54,497 nucleotides of DNA, taken from Prorocentrum cordatum. Taxonomy: Eukaryota. Shown in pieces: positions 11,032-22,199 of this stretch. Both the position numbers and the translations under genes were made by a program. Positions within the stretch are counted from its first letter, which is position 1. Each line of letters starts with the position of its first letter. Location of the stretch: assembly GCA_963575745.1 (NCBI GenBank), contig CAUYUJ010000234.1, forward strand, positions 62,001 through 116,497, written 5' to 3'. Below the pieces are notes generated by a model that worked only from the letters and a program-made list of their open reading frames with translations, searched no databases and was not told the DNA's origin.

Positions 11032-12550
11032 GTAGCCAAGAAGAACGGTCGATTGCGGATCATTTTTGACACAAGGTTTGTCAACACGTACTTCAGAACA
11101 CCACCAAGCACCCGGCTGCCGACCTCGAGTGCGTTCTCATCGTTGGAGACTTCGGAGAGGCCTGTGTACATCGCCTCAGGGGATCTTGATTGTGCTTTCT
11201 ACCGCTTGGGGTTGCCGCCGGACTTGGGTCGGTATTTCTCCCTCCCGGTCATAGACTCCACGTTGGTGAAGGTCTTCTACCTCAACGGACTCTCCGTCCC
11301 GCCTGGCACTCCCTTGCTTCCTTGCCTGACGGTGCTGCCTACGGGTTGGTCCTGGGCGATGCATCCTTGCCAAGGTGTCTTGAGGAACAGCATCTCGGAG
11401 GCGGGCCTGTCTGGGGACTTCCTGATAGAGGATGGCCGCGCTGGAGCTCTTCTCGCTGATGCGCAGCAGGTTGGCAGCGCAGCGTACGTTGACAATTTCT
11501 TCACAGTCGGCCACGATCGTGATAAGACTACTAAGTCCATGCATGCAATCAACTACGTTCATAGGGACAAGGGTTTGGTGGTTCACGAGTTGGAGGAAGG
11601 TTCTACCGATTGCGCGTCCTTGGGCATGGAGCTCTCGGGCGGTACTCGGTTAAGTATCAAGAGGCGTAATATTTGGAGGCTTCGTCTTGGGATTGAGGAG
11701 CTTATCAGCAGACGGTGTTGTAGCGGTGCCATGTTGCAGGTCCTGGTGGGCCACGTTACCTGGGCATGTCTTTTGAAGAGAGAGGCCCTGGTGGCCCTGG
11801 ATGCCTGTTACGCCTTCATCATTGCTAACCCTACCGAGGTTGTTGAGACGTGGCCCTCAGTGTTGCGCGAGCTCTGGCAGGTCAGGAGCCTGCTGCCGCT
11901 TTTGTATTGTAATATTTCCGCGAAGTGGCACCCTGTGGTTGCCTGCTCGGACGCCTGCACGTATGGAGTCGCGGTCTGCACTCGGAAGTTGGAGCCTGAC
12001 ACCGTTGGGAAAATCGGCCGACACAGTGAGCGATGGAGATGCAAGATCGAGGGTGGCGCTCAGGCTCGGGACCGTGCGCTCGGTGCTGACTGCTCGGGTA
12101 CTCCGTCGTCTTCTTTTACTATGTCGTCGTCCTGTTTATCAGCTGGTGTCGGGGATCCTCTAGCAGGGCTTAGCGAGTCTGAGAGCGGGCTAACGGTTTC
12201 CAACACGGTCTTCGATAAGGTCCCTAGGGCTATCCTGGACAAGGGGGCTTGGAACGTCGTGCCCGCGTCGAAGGTCGTCGTCTCGGCTAACATTCTGGAG
12301 CTAGAGGGGGACGGGCTCGCCTTGGCTTACAAACACCTTCTGCGATCTTCAGAGGCCTGTGGTTCTCGGGCATTGGCCCTCGTGGATAACATGCCGCTGG
12401 CCCTTGGGGCCACCAAGGGTAGGGCCAATTCTGAACACCTCCATCGGGCTCTTCGGAAGGTTGCCGCCCTCTCTCTGGCCACGGGGACCAAACTGCACGT
12501 TCGGTGGTTGCCCAGCGAGTTCACCCCCGCGGACGAGCCCTCCAGGGGAA
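11029..12550 (+). CDS. DIRS-type reverse transcriptase + RNase H (partial)
   Basis: RT: FVAKKNGRLRIIFDTR, DLDCAFY, LPTGWSWA, YVDN. RNase H: SDAC, ILELEG, LVDNMP, RWLPSEFTPADEPSR. The frame stays open to 14670. Confidence 0.92.
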
Positions 12551-12709
12551 AGAGTGGTTGGTTCGTGGGGCCCTACTGCAGCCACCCCGCGGCCCGAACG
12601 CGGGAGGCCTCCCAGCTCTTCGCAGGCGAGGCCACGCCTCGCCCTGGTGGGCTGGCCCCCGCGGCCGCGCCAGCAGCAGCTTCGCCGGCCCTGCTGGTGC
12701 CCTCCCGCG

Positions 12710-13849
12710 ATGCCCCAGGCGGTGGCGCGGCGGCCGGCTGCGCGGCCGGCCGCCCTGCAGGCCCGAGCCGCGGCAGCGAGCCTCATACGCTCGACGCGGC
12801 AGCCCCTTGGGCGGCTCACGCTTCTCGAGCACGTGGCGGTGTCCCCAGATGCGGAGATGGCCTACCGAGCGCTCCTCCAGGGCTTTGTGGATTTCTGCCA
12901 TCACACGAGCCTCGACTGGTGCGACCTGGCGGGGCTGGACCAGGCGATCTCGGCCTACATGGACAGGCTCTACCTGGACGGCCACCTACCCGACAAGGGC
13001 AGCAAGCTGCTGGCGGCCCTGGCCCACTTCGTGCCGGAGCTCCACAAGTCGCTGAAGGTGCGGTTGCCAAGGTCATCCAGGGCCTGTGCGTCGTGGAAGA
13101 AGAGGGTTCCGGGCTCCCAGCGCCTGCCCCTGCCAAAGGTGGCGGCGCTCGCCATTGCGGGAGCCCTGAGCTTCTTCGGCCAGCCTCGCATGGCCATCTG
13201 GATCGCTCTGACGTTTGTCACGTACCTGCGCCCCAAGGAGGCCTTCAGGCTCGGCCCAGCCCACCTGGTGAGGCCATGTCCTTCGGCCGGCCCGCAGCAC
13301 GTGCGTTGGGGGGTCCTCATCAACGACTCGGGCGGAGAGGCCGGCAAGACAGGCGAGTGGGACGGGTCGGTGACCATCGATCTGGACGCCTGGTTGCTGG
13401 ACGCCCTGAGCGCGCTGAAGGCGGCCACCGACGGCCAGAGCAACCTGTGGGACTTCACGCCCGCCTCGCTGCGCCGGGAGTTCAACCGCTGCGCGCAGCT
13501 CCTGGGGCTGCTGCCGCTCAGGCCGCACCTCTACAGCTTGCGGCACGGAGGGGCCTCGGACGACCTCGCGACAAAGCGGCGCACCCTCGCGGAGGTGGAG
13601 CGCCGCGGCCAGTGGCGGGACCACTACGGCAAGGAGACGAGGCTGCTCATGGAGATGGCCAAGGTCCCGCCGGCGGTCTACACCTTCGGCCAGGCCGTGC
13701 AGGGCAACTTCTCGCTGGCCCTCCAGACTCAGCATCGCGATCGGAGGATCTGGTCGAAGGTGCCTCTGGAGATCAAGCACAGCCTCGAGGCCGCGGGCAC
13801 AACCCGCGACGGCGAGGCGCCGCCCCCTCGGCGCCAGCGAAGTCGATGA
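12710..13849 (+). CDS. Tyrosine recombinase (phage-integrase family) of the DIRS element
   Basis: TYLRPKE (catalytic R), GKTGEWD (K), YSLRHGGAS, RRGQW, HYGK (catalytic Y). ORF is open from 12359, ATG at 12710. Confidence 0.93.
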   Translation: MPQAVARRPAARPAALQARAAAASLIRSTRQPLGRLTLLEHVAVSPDAEMAYRALLQGFVDFCHHTSLDWCDLAGLDQAISAYMDRLYLDGHLPDKGSKLLAALAHFVPELHKSLKVRLPRSSRACASWKKRVPGSQRLPLPKVAALAIAGALSFFGQPRMAIWIALTFVTYLRPKEAFRLGPAHLVRPCPSAGPQHVRWGVLINDSGGEAGKTGEWDGSVTIDLDAWLLDALSALKAATDGQSNLWDFTPASLRREFNRCAQLLGLLPLRPHLYSLRHGGASDDLATKRRTLAEVERRGQWRDHYGKETRLLMEMAKVPPAVYTFGQAVQGNFSLALQTQHRDRRIWSKVPLEIKHSLEAAGTTRDGEAPPPRRQRSR

Positions 13850-14670
13850 GCTGTTCGGATGTCGAGGCCTGTTCGTACTTACATCAGCTCTTTCAGCGAG
13901 AGCGACGGAAGGCCAGTAAGTTCACACGCTGCGTATTTTTGGATATCTTCTCCGGCTGTGGGCGTATTCCAGAGACTCTACGCAAGCAAGGGTATGGGGC
14001 TGTCTCTCTGGATATCTTGAGGGGCTCTTGGGAGGACGTCACACGACCTTGTGTCTTGAAGGTCCTGGAGGGCTGGATTCGGTCTCGGGCCGTTATTGGC
14101 ATCTGGCTGGGTACTCCCTGTACTACTTTCAGCAGAGTCCTTCGGAAGCCTTTCAGATCCGCGGAACATCTTCGGGGTCTGCCACAGCTTTCGGAGGCCG
14201 AGCTGGCCCGCCTGCAGTCAGGAAACGCCACTTTCAAGGCCGGCATGAGGATCGTGCAGGCCGCCCTTGCAGTCGACTGCCCTGTATTTCTTGAGAGCCC
14301 GCGCGCGTCTCAGATTTGGCCCATGCCGCCTGTCGTGGAGTTCGGAAAGCACCCATCGCTTCTGATTCACAAGTGTGATTTCTGCCAGTATGGGACGCCT
14401 TGGAAGAAGGCTACATCAATAGCATCGTGGAACGCCCCGCTGCTCCCCGCCTTAAATCAATCGTGCCGGAGCCGCAATCACATATGTACAAGATCCAAGC
14501 AGCCCCACATCATCCTCTCGGGACTCGCCCCTGGCACGAATAAGATGTGGACTCAAGTAGCTACCCCATATCCCCCAAAGTTCGCCCTGGCTGCCGCCTC
14601 CTCCTTAGTTAGCATAGCAGAGTCTCTTCGGACCTCGAGACTCCAGAAGGTCGCTGGAATCGCTTCTTGA
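13846..14670 (+). CDS. C5 cytosine DNA methyltransferase domain
   Basis: Motif I FLDIFSGCG, motif IV GTPCTTFS (catalytic PC), motif VI FLESP (ENP-like), DFCQYGTPWKKAT and C-terminal PYPPKF. Confidence 0.88.
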   Translation: MSCSDVEACSYLHQLFQRERRKASKFTRCVFLDIFSGCGRIPETLRKQGYGAVSLDILRGSWEDVTRPCVLKVLEGWIRSRAVIGIWLGTPCTTFSRVLRKPFRSAEHLRGLPQLSEAELARLQSGNATFKAGMRIVQAALAVDCPVFLESPRASQIWPMPPVVEFGKHPSLLIHKCDFCQYGTPWKKATSIASWNAPLLPALNQSCRSRNHICTRSKQPHIILSGLAPGTNKMWTQVATPYPPKFALAAASSLVSIAESLRTSRLQKVAGIAS

Positions 14671-14763
14671 TTATGGCTTTTATTTTTCTTTTGGTGTTTC
14701 TCGAGAGCTCCGAGGTCTGGGGGCGCGCGGCCTGTCGGCCAGTTCTACCTTCGGGATCGGGAC

Positions 14764-14900
14764 CACGTTTAACCTTGTTATCCTGTCTCGGCTGGCGTCG
14801 GCCTCGCCACTGCACAGTCGCTGGCCCCGCGCTCCGCTGGGCTCGCCGCCTCGCCCCGCATGCGCAAAATAACATCGTCTGGCCGCGGGGGGCTCGAGGG
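14764..14900 (+). repeat. Direct repeat copy 1 (putative B1 of split direct repeats)
   Basis: 137 bp CACGTTTAACCTTG...GGCTCGAGGG, repeated at 15055-15191. Confidence 0.9.
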
Positions 14901-15054
14901 CAGCGCTGTGCAGTTTTCAGAACGGGAAGCAATGAGCGAGAAGAGAGCGGCCGCACGGCGACCCTTGTCTGCCGCCGTCCTTGCTCAAGCTCCCACCATC
15001 CTGCCCCTATCTCCTCCTTTCTTTTTCTTCTCTTTCACCCGTTCTGGCACGGAG

Positions 15055-15191
15055 CACGTTTAACCTTGTTATCCTGTCTCGGCTGGTGTCGGCCTCGCCA
15101 CTGCACAGTCGCTGGCCCCGCGCTCTGTTGGGCTCGCCGCCTCGCCCCGCCTGCACATCGTAACATCGTCTGGCCGCGGGGGGCTCGAGGG
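15055..15191 (+). repeat. Direct repeat copy 2 (putative B2; element 3' end)
   Basis: Close copy of 14764-14900, followed within a few bases by (CCT)n. Confidence 0.9.
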
Positions 15192-15196
15192 TAGTG

Positions 15197-15372
15197 CTCC
15201 TCCTCCTCCTCCTCCTCCTCCTCCTCCTCCTCCCCCTCCTCCCCTCCTCCTCCTCCTCCTCCTCCTCCTCCTCGTCCTCCTCCTGCTCCTCCTCCTCCTC
15301 CTCCTCCTCCTCCTCCTCCTCCTCCTCATCCTTCTCCTCCTCCTCCTCCTCCTCCTCCTCCTCCTCTTCCTC
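15197..15372. repeat. (CCT)n microsatellite
   Basis: Direct reading. Confidence 0.98.
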
Positions 15373-15440
15373 TCGCGTTCAGCTACAGGTAGACTGCATG
15401 TTAAGTGCAGCAAGGGGGTGCTTTGGGCAGTTCCGTCTTT

Positions 15441-15458
15441 GTAGCCAAGTGGCTCAAG
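15441..15458 (+). other. Degenerate dinoflagellate spliced-leader relic
   Basis: GTAGCCAAGTGGCTCAAG versus DinoSL DCCGTAGCCATTTTGGCTCAAG. Confidence 0.5.
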
Positions 15459-15649
15459 ATCAGGTGCCCGCCCACCTTGCAGACGCCCCTTCGACACTTG
15501 CGGTCGACGCTTAAGGCTGGCGGCCGCGAGCGTGCCACAACGCACCCGCGCGCTTGCGCGAGCAAGGCGCACGCGCGGGCCCTCACGCAAGGAGCTCGGC
15601 GCGCCTCGCCGCTTTGCCAAAATAGCGCTCCCTTTATCTCCCCTCGGCT

Positions 15650-16417
15650 GCCTCCTTCCTCCCCCTCCTCGTCCTCCTCCTCCTCCTCGTCCTCCTCCTC
15701 GTCATCCTCCTCCTCCTCGTCCTCCTCCTCCTCCTCCTCCTCTTCCTCCTCTCTCGTTGAATGCGCGCGTGCCTCAGTTAACCTCGAGTTGTCGTTTCTG
15801 CGTTTGGGGGGCGTCGCCCCCTCCCCCCTCGGCCCCGCCGTCCTCTTCGTTTTCGTTCCTTTGTCGTCCTCTGTGGGCCGTCCCCGCGGGGGCGGGGCGC
15901 GCGATTTCCGAGGCCCCTCCTGGGTCTCGGAGGGCGCGTGCTCCGGCCGCGCCCTTTTGCGTGATGCGCGGGTGCATTATTGCGAAATCATGGCCATCAA
16001 CAGCACGATCACTAACATCGTCGTCATCATCGCCACCACCGTCACCGTCATCACAAACATCGCCATCATCATGTACGTCATCATTTTCACCGCCACCGCT
16101 ATGTCAGCATCACCAGCATCATCATCATCAGCAGCATCATCATCTTCACCATCATCCTGATCATCATCGTTTTCCTCGTGGAGACGAGGAGGTGGAACTT
16201 AAACAGAAGGCGATACAGGGAGGGAAGGAGCGAGGGAAGAGGGGGGATGGGAGAAGGAGGAGGCGGAGGAGGGGGGAACAAGTGAGGCGGAGGATGGGGA
16301 TGATGATGATGACTATGACGATGATGATGATGGTGATGATGATGATGATGATGATGATGATGGTGATGGTGATGATGATGATGAGGATGAGGATGATAAT
16401 GAGGATGATGAGGATGC

Positions 16418-16461
<44 letters not shown>

Positions 16462-16565
16462 GAGAAGGAGGAGGAGGAGGAGGAGGAGGAGGAGGAGGAG
16501 GAGGAGGAGAGGAGGCAGAGGAGGAGGAGGAGGAGGAAGAGGAGGAGGACAAGGAGGACAAGGAG
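15650..16565. repeat. Compound low-complexity region: (CCT)n, (CAT)n, (GAT)n, (GAG)n
   Basis: Direct reading. Confidence 0.95.
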
Positions 16566-18679
16566 GTGAGGTGGCGGAGGACATGGGCGACATGCAGGTG
16601 AAAAAAAAAGAGAATTCCCCCACACCAGGGCGGATCCTCCTGGGTTGCCCGCAGGAAGAGAGCAAAGGCTGGCCACGCAGCGGGGAGTCGTCTCGTTGGA
16701 GAGGCCCGCGCTCTCCAGCCCAGCCAGCCCGTGGACATCCCGTCCAAAGCAGTCGCGCGGGTATATAATATGATGTATGATATTCTCTCGTTGCGAAGCT
16801 AGCAGGACGGAAACCTTTGCTATGTCCAGGTTCTGGGAGCGTTCGATGGGCCCCGGGACCATCAAGAACGATCCAGGGTGAAGAACCCGTCCCAGGGAAA
16901 GGCCCCAGGGAGCCACGCGCGAAAACAAAATCACGACGGAGGATATCGGGAATTGGGGACGCGCGCAAGGGAGTGGCGCGAGGGGTACAGCCTTCTCAAA
17001 AAACGGGAGGTATTTTTGGGAGGTGGGGCCTTCGCAGAAGCCCCCCGTTCGGCTTCCAAGAAGCATTGCGTGTGAGAAACCTCCTTCTAAGGCCTCCCGC
17101 CCTCCCAGAAGGCCGCCCACCTCGCGCCGCCCCCGCGCGCGCGCCGCCAATATCACGTGCGTGCGCGTGCGCGGGCCCACTCGTACACATTGGGCGCTCC
17201 AGGAAGGGTTTCGCCCTCGAGAGACCGAGAGGCCGCGCTGTCTTCCTCGGCGGCAGGCGGTGGCAGGGCGGCGGAAACTGTCGGGAGGTAAAGCGACGGC
17301 GGCCCCGCCAGCGGAAGCTGGCGGAAGCAAAACATGCGCCCCAAAGAGATGTCAGCAGAGGGGTCCTGGAAGGCTTGGATCGAAGAAAGGTGGCACCTCT
17401 GGAGGGGGTAACTTTTACTTCCTCCGAAGAGATGCCAACTCATTCGACTCTCGAAGGCGAGGCCTTTTTTCTGGAATGTCTCATGCTTGGATGCTTAGTT
17501 TCCATGGGGTGCCACACTCGTTCGGGCCTCTCTCGCGAGTTCTCATGCGCCTACCGCAAAGAGCATGTTCCTGATGGTAGTAAGTGGCACATGCCGTTCA
17601 GCCTCCCTCTCATGAGGGTGGCATGGTAGGGTGCGGTAAAGCTCGGAGTCACGGAATGTCACGAAATCCGTTACATTGAACACAGCACATTAGTACTGTC
17701 AAATATTCGTTGGAGGGTTTGATGCGAAGTTATGATGACATCTTGTCAGGCGTCGCTGCGTGTATCACCGTGTTTGCTTTGTTCCCCAACCCTCCTGTTT
17801 TGCCGCGTTGCGTCTTTTGTCCTTCTAGGTCGTCTTGGTTGGCGAGACGGGCACGTTTCAGCGCGGCCGCTTGGAAGAGTGGATGGCGCTGTCCGCGAGG
17901 CACGCGCCCCCTTCGAAGCTGGGCAAGCGGCACGTGCGAGCGGCCCCAGGTGGCCTCCAGGACGCCTACATCGGCGCGGTCCGGTGGTGCCTCACCAGCG
18001 CAACCCTGAAGTCGAGGACGTGGGGGCGGCGGGCTTTCAGACTGTGCGGTGCCTGCGGCGGGGGTGGTGGTTAAGGAATGTGCCCAGGAGGATTCAGAAC
18101 TGGGGGATTCCTTGTCTGAAAAGGGCGACAGTGATATCCATGGCCAAGCCTCACTTGGTGCTTCACAGTCTTTCAGACCCGAGATTCTTTATTCAATATT
18201 TCCTGATCCAGTGCCCTCACAGTGTTGCAGCATGTTATCGGTCGGGGAAAAGGAGTACCCGGAGAGCCGGTCCTGCGAGGAGTACGGCTGAGTTCCTTCT
18301 CGCGGATTTCGGCCCCCTGTGCATACGATTTTCAGTTGCATCCCGAGGAGCCACGCGCGGGCTCCAGACGCAGCTTCCGCAGGCTCCGCCAGCACCGCCT
18401 ATGAGGAGCGGCCGCGGGGCGCGGGCGCGGCGCTGCCAGGCTGCCAGGGCGACATCCAGGGGCCGCTTGTCGTAGCAGTGCGGGAGGCGCACGAGAGCGC
18501 AGAGGGCCTGCTGCTTGTGGCACGGGTGGTCGCCGAGGCTGAGGTGCGCGACGGAAGAGAACGGAACCGCCTTCGCTGACATCCGCGCGTAAGTTGCTTG
18601 CGTGAAATGGCGCGGAAGTGCCCTCGTTTCCAATGACGCGAGCCGCGCTGGCGGCCACGTAAGCCGTGGCGTAAGGTTG

Positions 18680-20153
18680 GAGCCCGTTTCTTTATTGCTT
18701 GGGGCATGACGGGCGTCATGGCCCCCGCTCCCCCCCCCCCCTATGACGTAACGCTCCCCCCCCCAGTGTGCTCCGGGCACTGCCGCCGTACGCATTGGGA
18801 TCCGCGTAGGTGTCCGCGTAGGAATCCGCATAGGAGTCTGGTCCGCAGTCGTCGTCGTCGTCGTCGCTTGTGGCTTGTCGCTCGTCGCTCATAGTCGTCG
18901 TGCGCGCGGACGCGGCTGAAGCCTGTTTCTTTATTCCGGGCCGATGACGGCAATCATCTAGGGGGATTTGCACCACAACGCCAGTGTACACCACTGTGCC
19001 CGTGTGCACCACAGCGCCTGTGTACGCCACGCCGCCTATGTACACCACAGCAGCCGCGTGCAAAACAGCGTCAGTTTGTGCCACCGTGCCTGCGGGCACA
19101 ACAGCTTTTGTGCACACCGCACACCACAGCGTTTGCGTACACCACATCAGCCGTGTGCAACACAGCACCAGTGTACACCACAATACCTGCGTGCATTGCA
19201 GTGCCTGTGTACACCACGGCGCCTGTGTGCACCACAGCAACCGTGTGCAACACAAAACCATTGTTGCATATAGAATGTTAGAACAAATCTTTGTGATAGA
19301 TTGGAGCGCTTGTGGAGTCCACTGAAAACAATATGACATAAACGTTATGGACAACGGAGCGCCGCTGGAATCTGCGAGTCCTCCCGAGTCCGCCCGCATC
19401 ACCCTAACTCCTCCCATCTGCGTCCAGGAGGCTCCAGCTAAATTTGTCGTCCGAAAACCAAGTGGACCGATTCAATACACCATTCTGCAGTGCGCGCTGA
19501 GATGCGCATGTGCGCTGTAGCGCCAACCCGCACGACAGGGGATAAGGAGGAGGAGGAGGAAAAGGAGGAGGTGGAGGTGGAGGTGGAGGAGGAGGGAGGA
19601 AGGAAAAACGTCGCATTCGATTATCAGCACAGCACTTTCCTGGCGTGGCGCCTAGTTGCCCGCAGCAGATCCTCACGCACATGCTCCTTTTACCTGTCCT
19701 ATGCACGCAGGCATTGTGGTGTACACCAGCGCTGCATTGCACGCGAATGCTGTGGTGCATACACGCGCTGTGGCGTGCACAAGCGCTGCGGTGCACGCAA
19801 GCATTGTGGTGTACACAGGCGCTGCGTTGCACATGGTAGCTGCGGTGTACACATGTACACTGGCGCTGTAGTGTACGCAAGCATTGTGGTGTACACATGC
19901 GCTGCGTTGCACACGGCTGTTGCGGTGTGCGCAGCCGCAGTGGTTTGCACGCGCGCTGTGGTGCACGCGAGAGTTGTGCCACCTACATGCTGCTTGCGTC
20001 GTCGTCATCGTCGTCGTCGCTCGTCGTTCGTCGCGTCGCGCGCGCGGGCGCGGTTGCGGTGCCGGAGCCACACGGTGGGGGGGGCGTTGCGTCATACCCC
20101 CCTTCGCCCCCCCCAATGACGCCCGTCATCGCCGAACATAAAGAAACGCGCTC
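18680..20153. mobile_element. Foldback-like inverted structure with internal 18-bp minisatellites (non-autonomous element or inverted pair)
   Basis: 18680-18790 is the reverse complement of ~20045-20153. The 18-bp repeat (GTGTACACCACAGCGCCT-like) at 18968-19260 is mirrored at 19700-19980. Confidence 0.7.
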
Positions 20154-21799
20154 TTACTATGTCATCGTGCCTGAGATCCGTTTCTTTGCGTCGCTCAGGT
20201 ATTGTTACAGGCCCTCGGGCACCGGGCACATGGCATTGTTGGAGGTGCGGAGAGCTCAGCAAGGCTCCTGCTGCACCGGCAGCATCCCGCCTTGCAGGGG
20301 CAGCATCACCATGAAGAAAGCGGGTCCGGAGGGAAGTGGGCCCTAGAGGTTTGGGGCCGGTTTCGATCTCTTGGGGCCTTCCCTCGGCCCTTGGGCTATC
20401 AAAAAATCACTCAGGAAGAAGAGCTGGTCCCAGTGGAAGGACACAGGGTCCAGGACCCGTTCCCCTCAGGACCCGTTTGTTTCATGGCAGCGGCAGAAGT
20501 GGCTCCCAGGCCCTGGCACACTGCTGCAGGTGCATGGCTTTGCGATCGCTGCTGCGGGCCGCCATGGCCGCGGTCCCCTGCTGCTGCCGTCCGAGGTCCG
20601 CGTGGTGTCCAGCACCGGGTGATCGGCCGTGAGGGCTTGCACAAGCTTTGCGGTCCAGCTACTGTCGCAACGAGCGCCCAGTGGTCGTGGTGTTGCGCGG
20701 CCACGCGTTCGCCCACCCCCTGTCGCATCTCCCCATCCATGCCCCCATCCTCATTTCTCTCCCCTGCGCTCCCCTTGCCCTCTTGGCTTGCCTGCCGTCC
20801 TCGCGTACGCAGACCAACCGTCCAGGCAGGATCGTGTTCGCTACCAGACGTTAGGACTGTTGTACCTCGACGTCCTTCCATCTTCGCTCTTGGCAGAGCA
20901 GTCCTCCCCGCCCGTGCGCGCAGCGCAGCGGTCGCCAGGCCCTCTTTGCCTCGAGCATGTCGCAGTGGTTGATGGTTGATGGGGAAGCCCAACAGCCCTG
21001 CTGAGCGGACGTGCCGACGCATTCGAGGAAGAAACGCCCCCTACTGCTTCCTATCCAGCAATCCCCGTCGTCCTGTCGATCATCTTCTGTGGACAGTCGG
21101 TCGCCCTTCTACCCGAGTGCGAGCCAGCGCCACGCTGCGCCATCGATAAAGAGGAGAGCCGCGGCAATTCGATCGTCAATGGTAATGCTAGGCAGAACTT
21201 GCGCCTGTGAAAATTATGGGAATCGGTAGAATCCAAATACGCAGGAGCCATCGACGTCGCTCATCGTTTTACGCAGGAGGAGGAGGAGGAGGAGGAGAAG
21301 GAGTGGAGGAGGAGCTCGAGGTGGAAACGACGGAGGAGGGCGAGGATGAGGAGGAGGCGAGTGTGGATGCCGCCCTGGATCCTGATCCTCAGACGTCCGC
21401 AGAGGCCACATGGAACCCCCACGAGGCCAAAAAACATTAGCCTGGCGAAAATCCAACCCTGTGCAGGTGCGAGTACCGCAAGGCAGATGAGAAGAGAGAG
21501 AGGGATGAGCAAAAGGAAAGGGGTCACGATGAGGTATGGGGTCCCAATGGAGGCCGTCTTCGAGCTTGGTGTTCGTCATGTCAGTGTTATGTGTTAGTTT
21601 GTTCGTGCTAGTCAGCACTGCCAAGCATTGCCTGCCTAATCACAACCCCTCGGTTCGACAAACAAAACGAGCACGTTGCCGTTGACGCCATCGGGGTGAA
21701 GATTTCGTTGTCGCTACGACTCAATGGCATCATCATCGCATTACTTAGCACGTCCAGTTTTTATGTATCCCGCAATGCGGTTTCAAATGTGTGCCAGCA

Positions 21800-22000
21800 C
21801 AACCGAAACCGTTGTTGGTGGATTCCGAATCCAATGTCGGTAAATACCAAAACCGATGGTCGTGGACACCGAGACGATGTCGGTGGAAACCGAAACCGCC
21901 GTTGGTGGATACCGAAGTCGGCGTTGGTGGATACCAATACCGATGTCGATGGATGCGGAAACCGTTGTGGTGGATACCAAACTATGGTTCCGATACCGAA
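21800..22000. repeat. Degenerate short repeats (AACCG...GTTGGTGGATWCC)
   Basis: Four copies of the TGGTGGATWCC core. Confidence 0.7.
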
Positions 22001-22199
22001 AGCACTGCCGCCGCGCATTCCAATACATTTGATTTCTTTCCTTACCCGAGGCACGGCCCCCACATTGGCAGTGCGAGCAAATGGCGGCGCGGCGAGAGCA
22101 GGGTGAGACGGCAGGCAGGCAGGCGGAGGAGGAGAAGGACGAGGAGGGAGGGGGGGCCATCCAGCCCGCTACGCTAGGCGACTACCGGGAGCTCATCCA

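Larger units (their letters stand above)
11029..15191 (+). mobile_element. 5'-truncated tyrosine-recombinase retrotransposon (DIRS order, Ngaro/PAT-like) carrying a C5 DNA methyltransferase
   Basis: RT-RNase H, tyrosine recombinase, DNMT and 3' split direct repeats. No gag or 5' repeat is present. Confidence 0.92.

Noticed and set aside
11029..15449. 12-bp direct repeat TTTGTAGCCAAG (11029 and 15438) as a target-site duplication
   Set aside because: The first copy encodes the conserved RT motif FVAK and the second is part of the SL-like relic. DIRS-order elements generally make no TSD.
15069..16968. ORFs with poly-S/P/L/H/M/E runs (also at 23.2-24.0, 31.2-32.6, 33.1-34.1 and 49.0-49.9 kb)
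   Set aside because: Translations of microsatellites.
18716..20141. Cys/His-rich ORFs as metallothionein or antifreeze-like proteins
   Set aside because: They arise from an 18-bp minisatellite that is open in most frames on both strands.
20150..21250. Several 100-250 aa ORFs
   Set aside because: No recognisable motifs, and such ORFs are expected by chance at this GC content.
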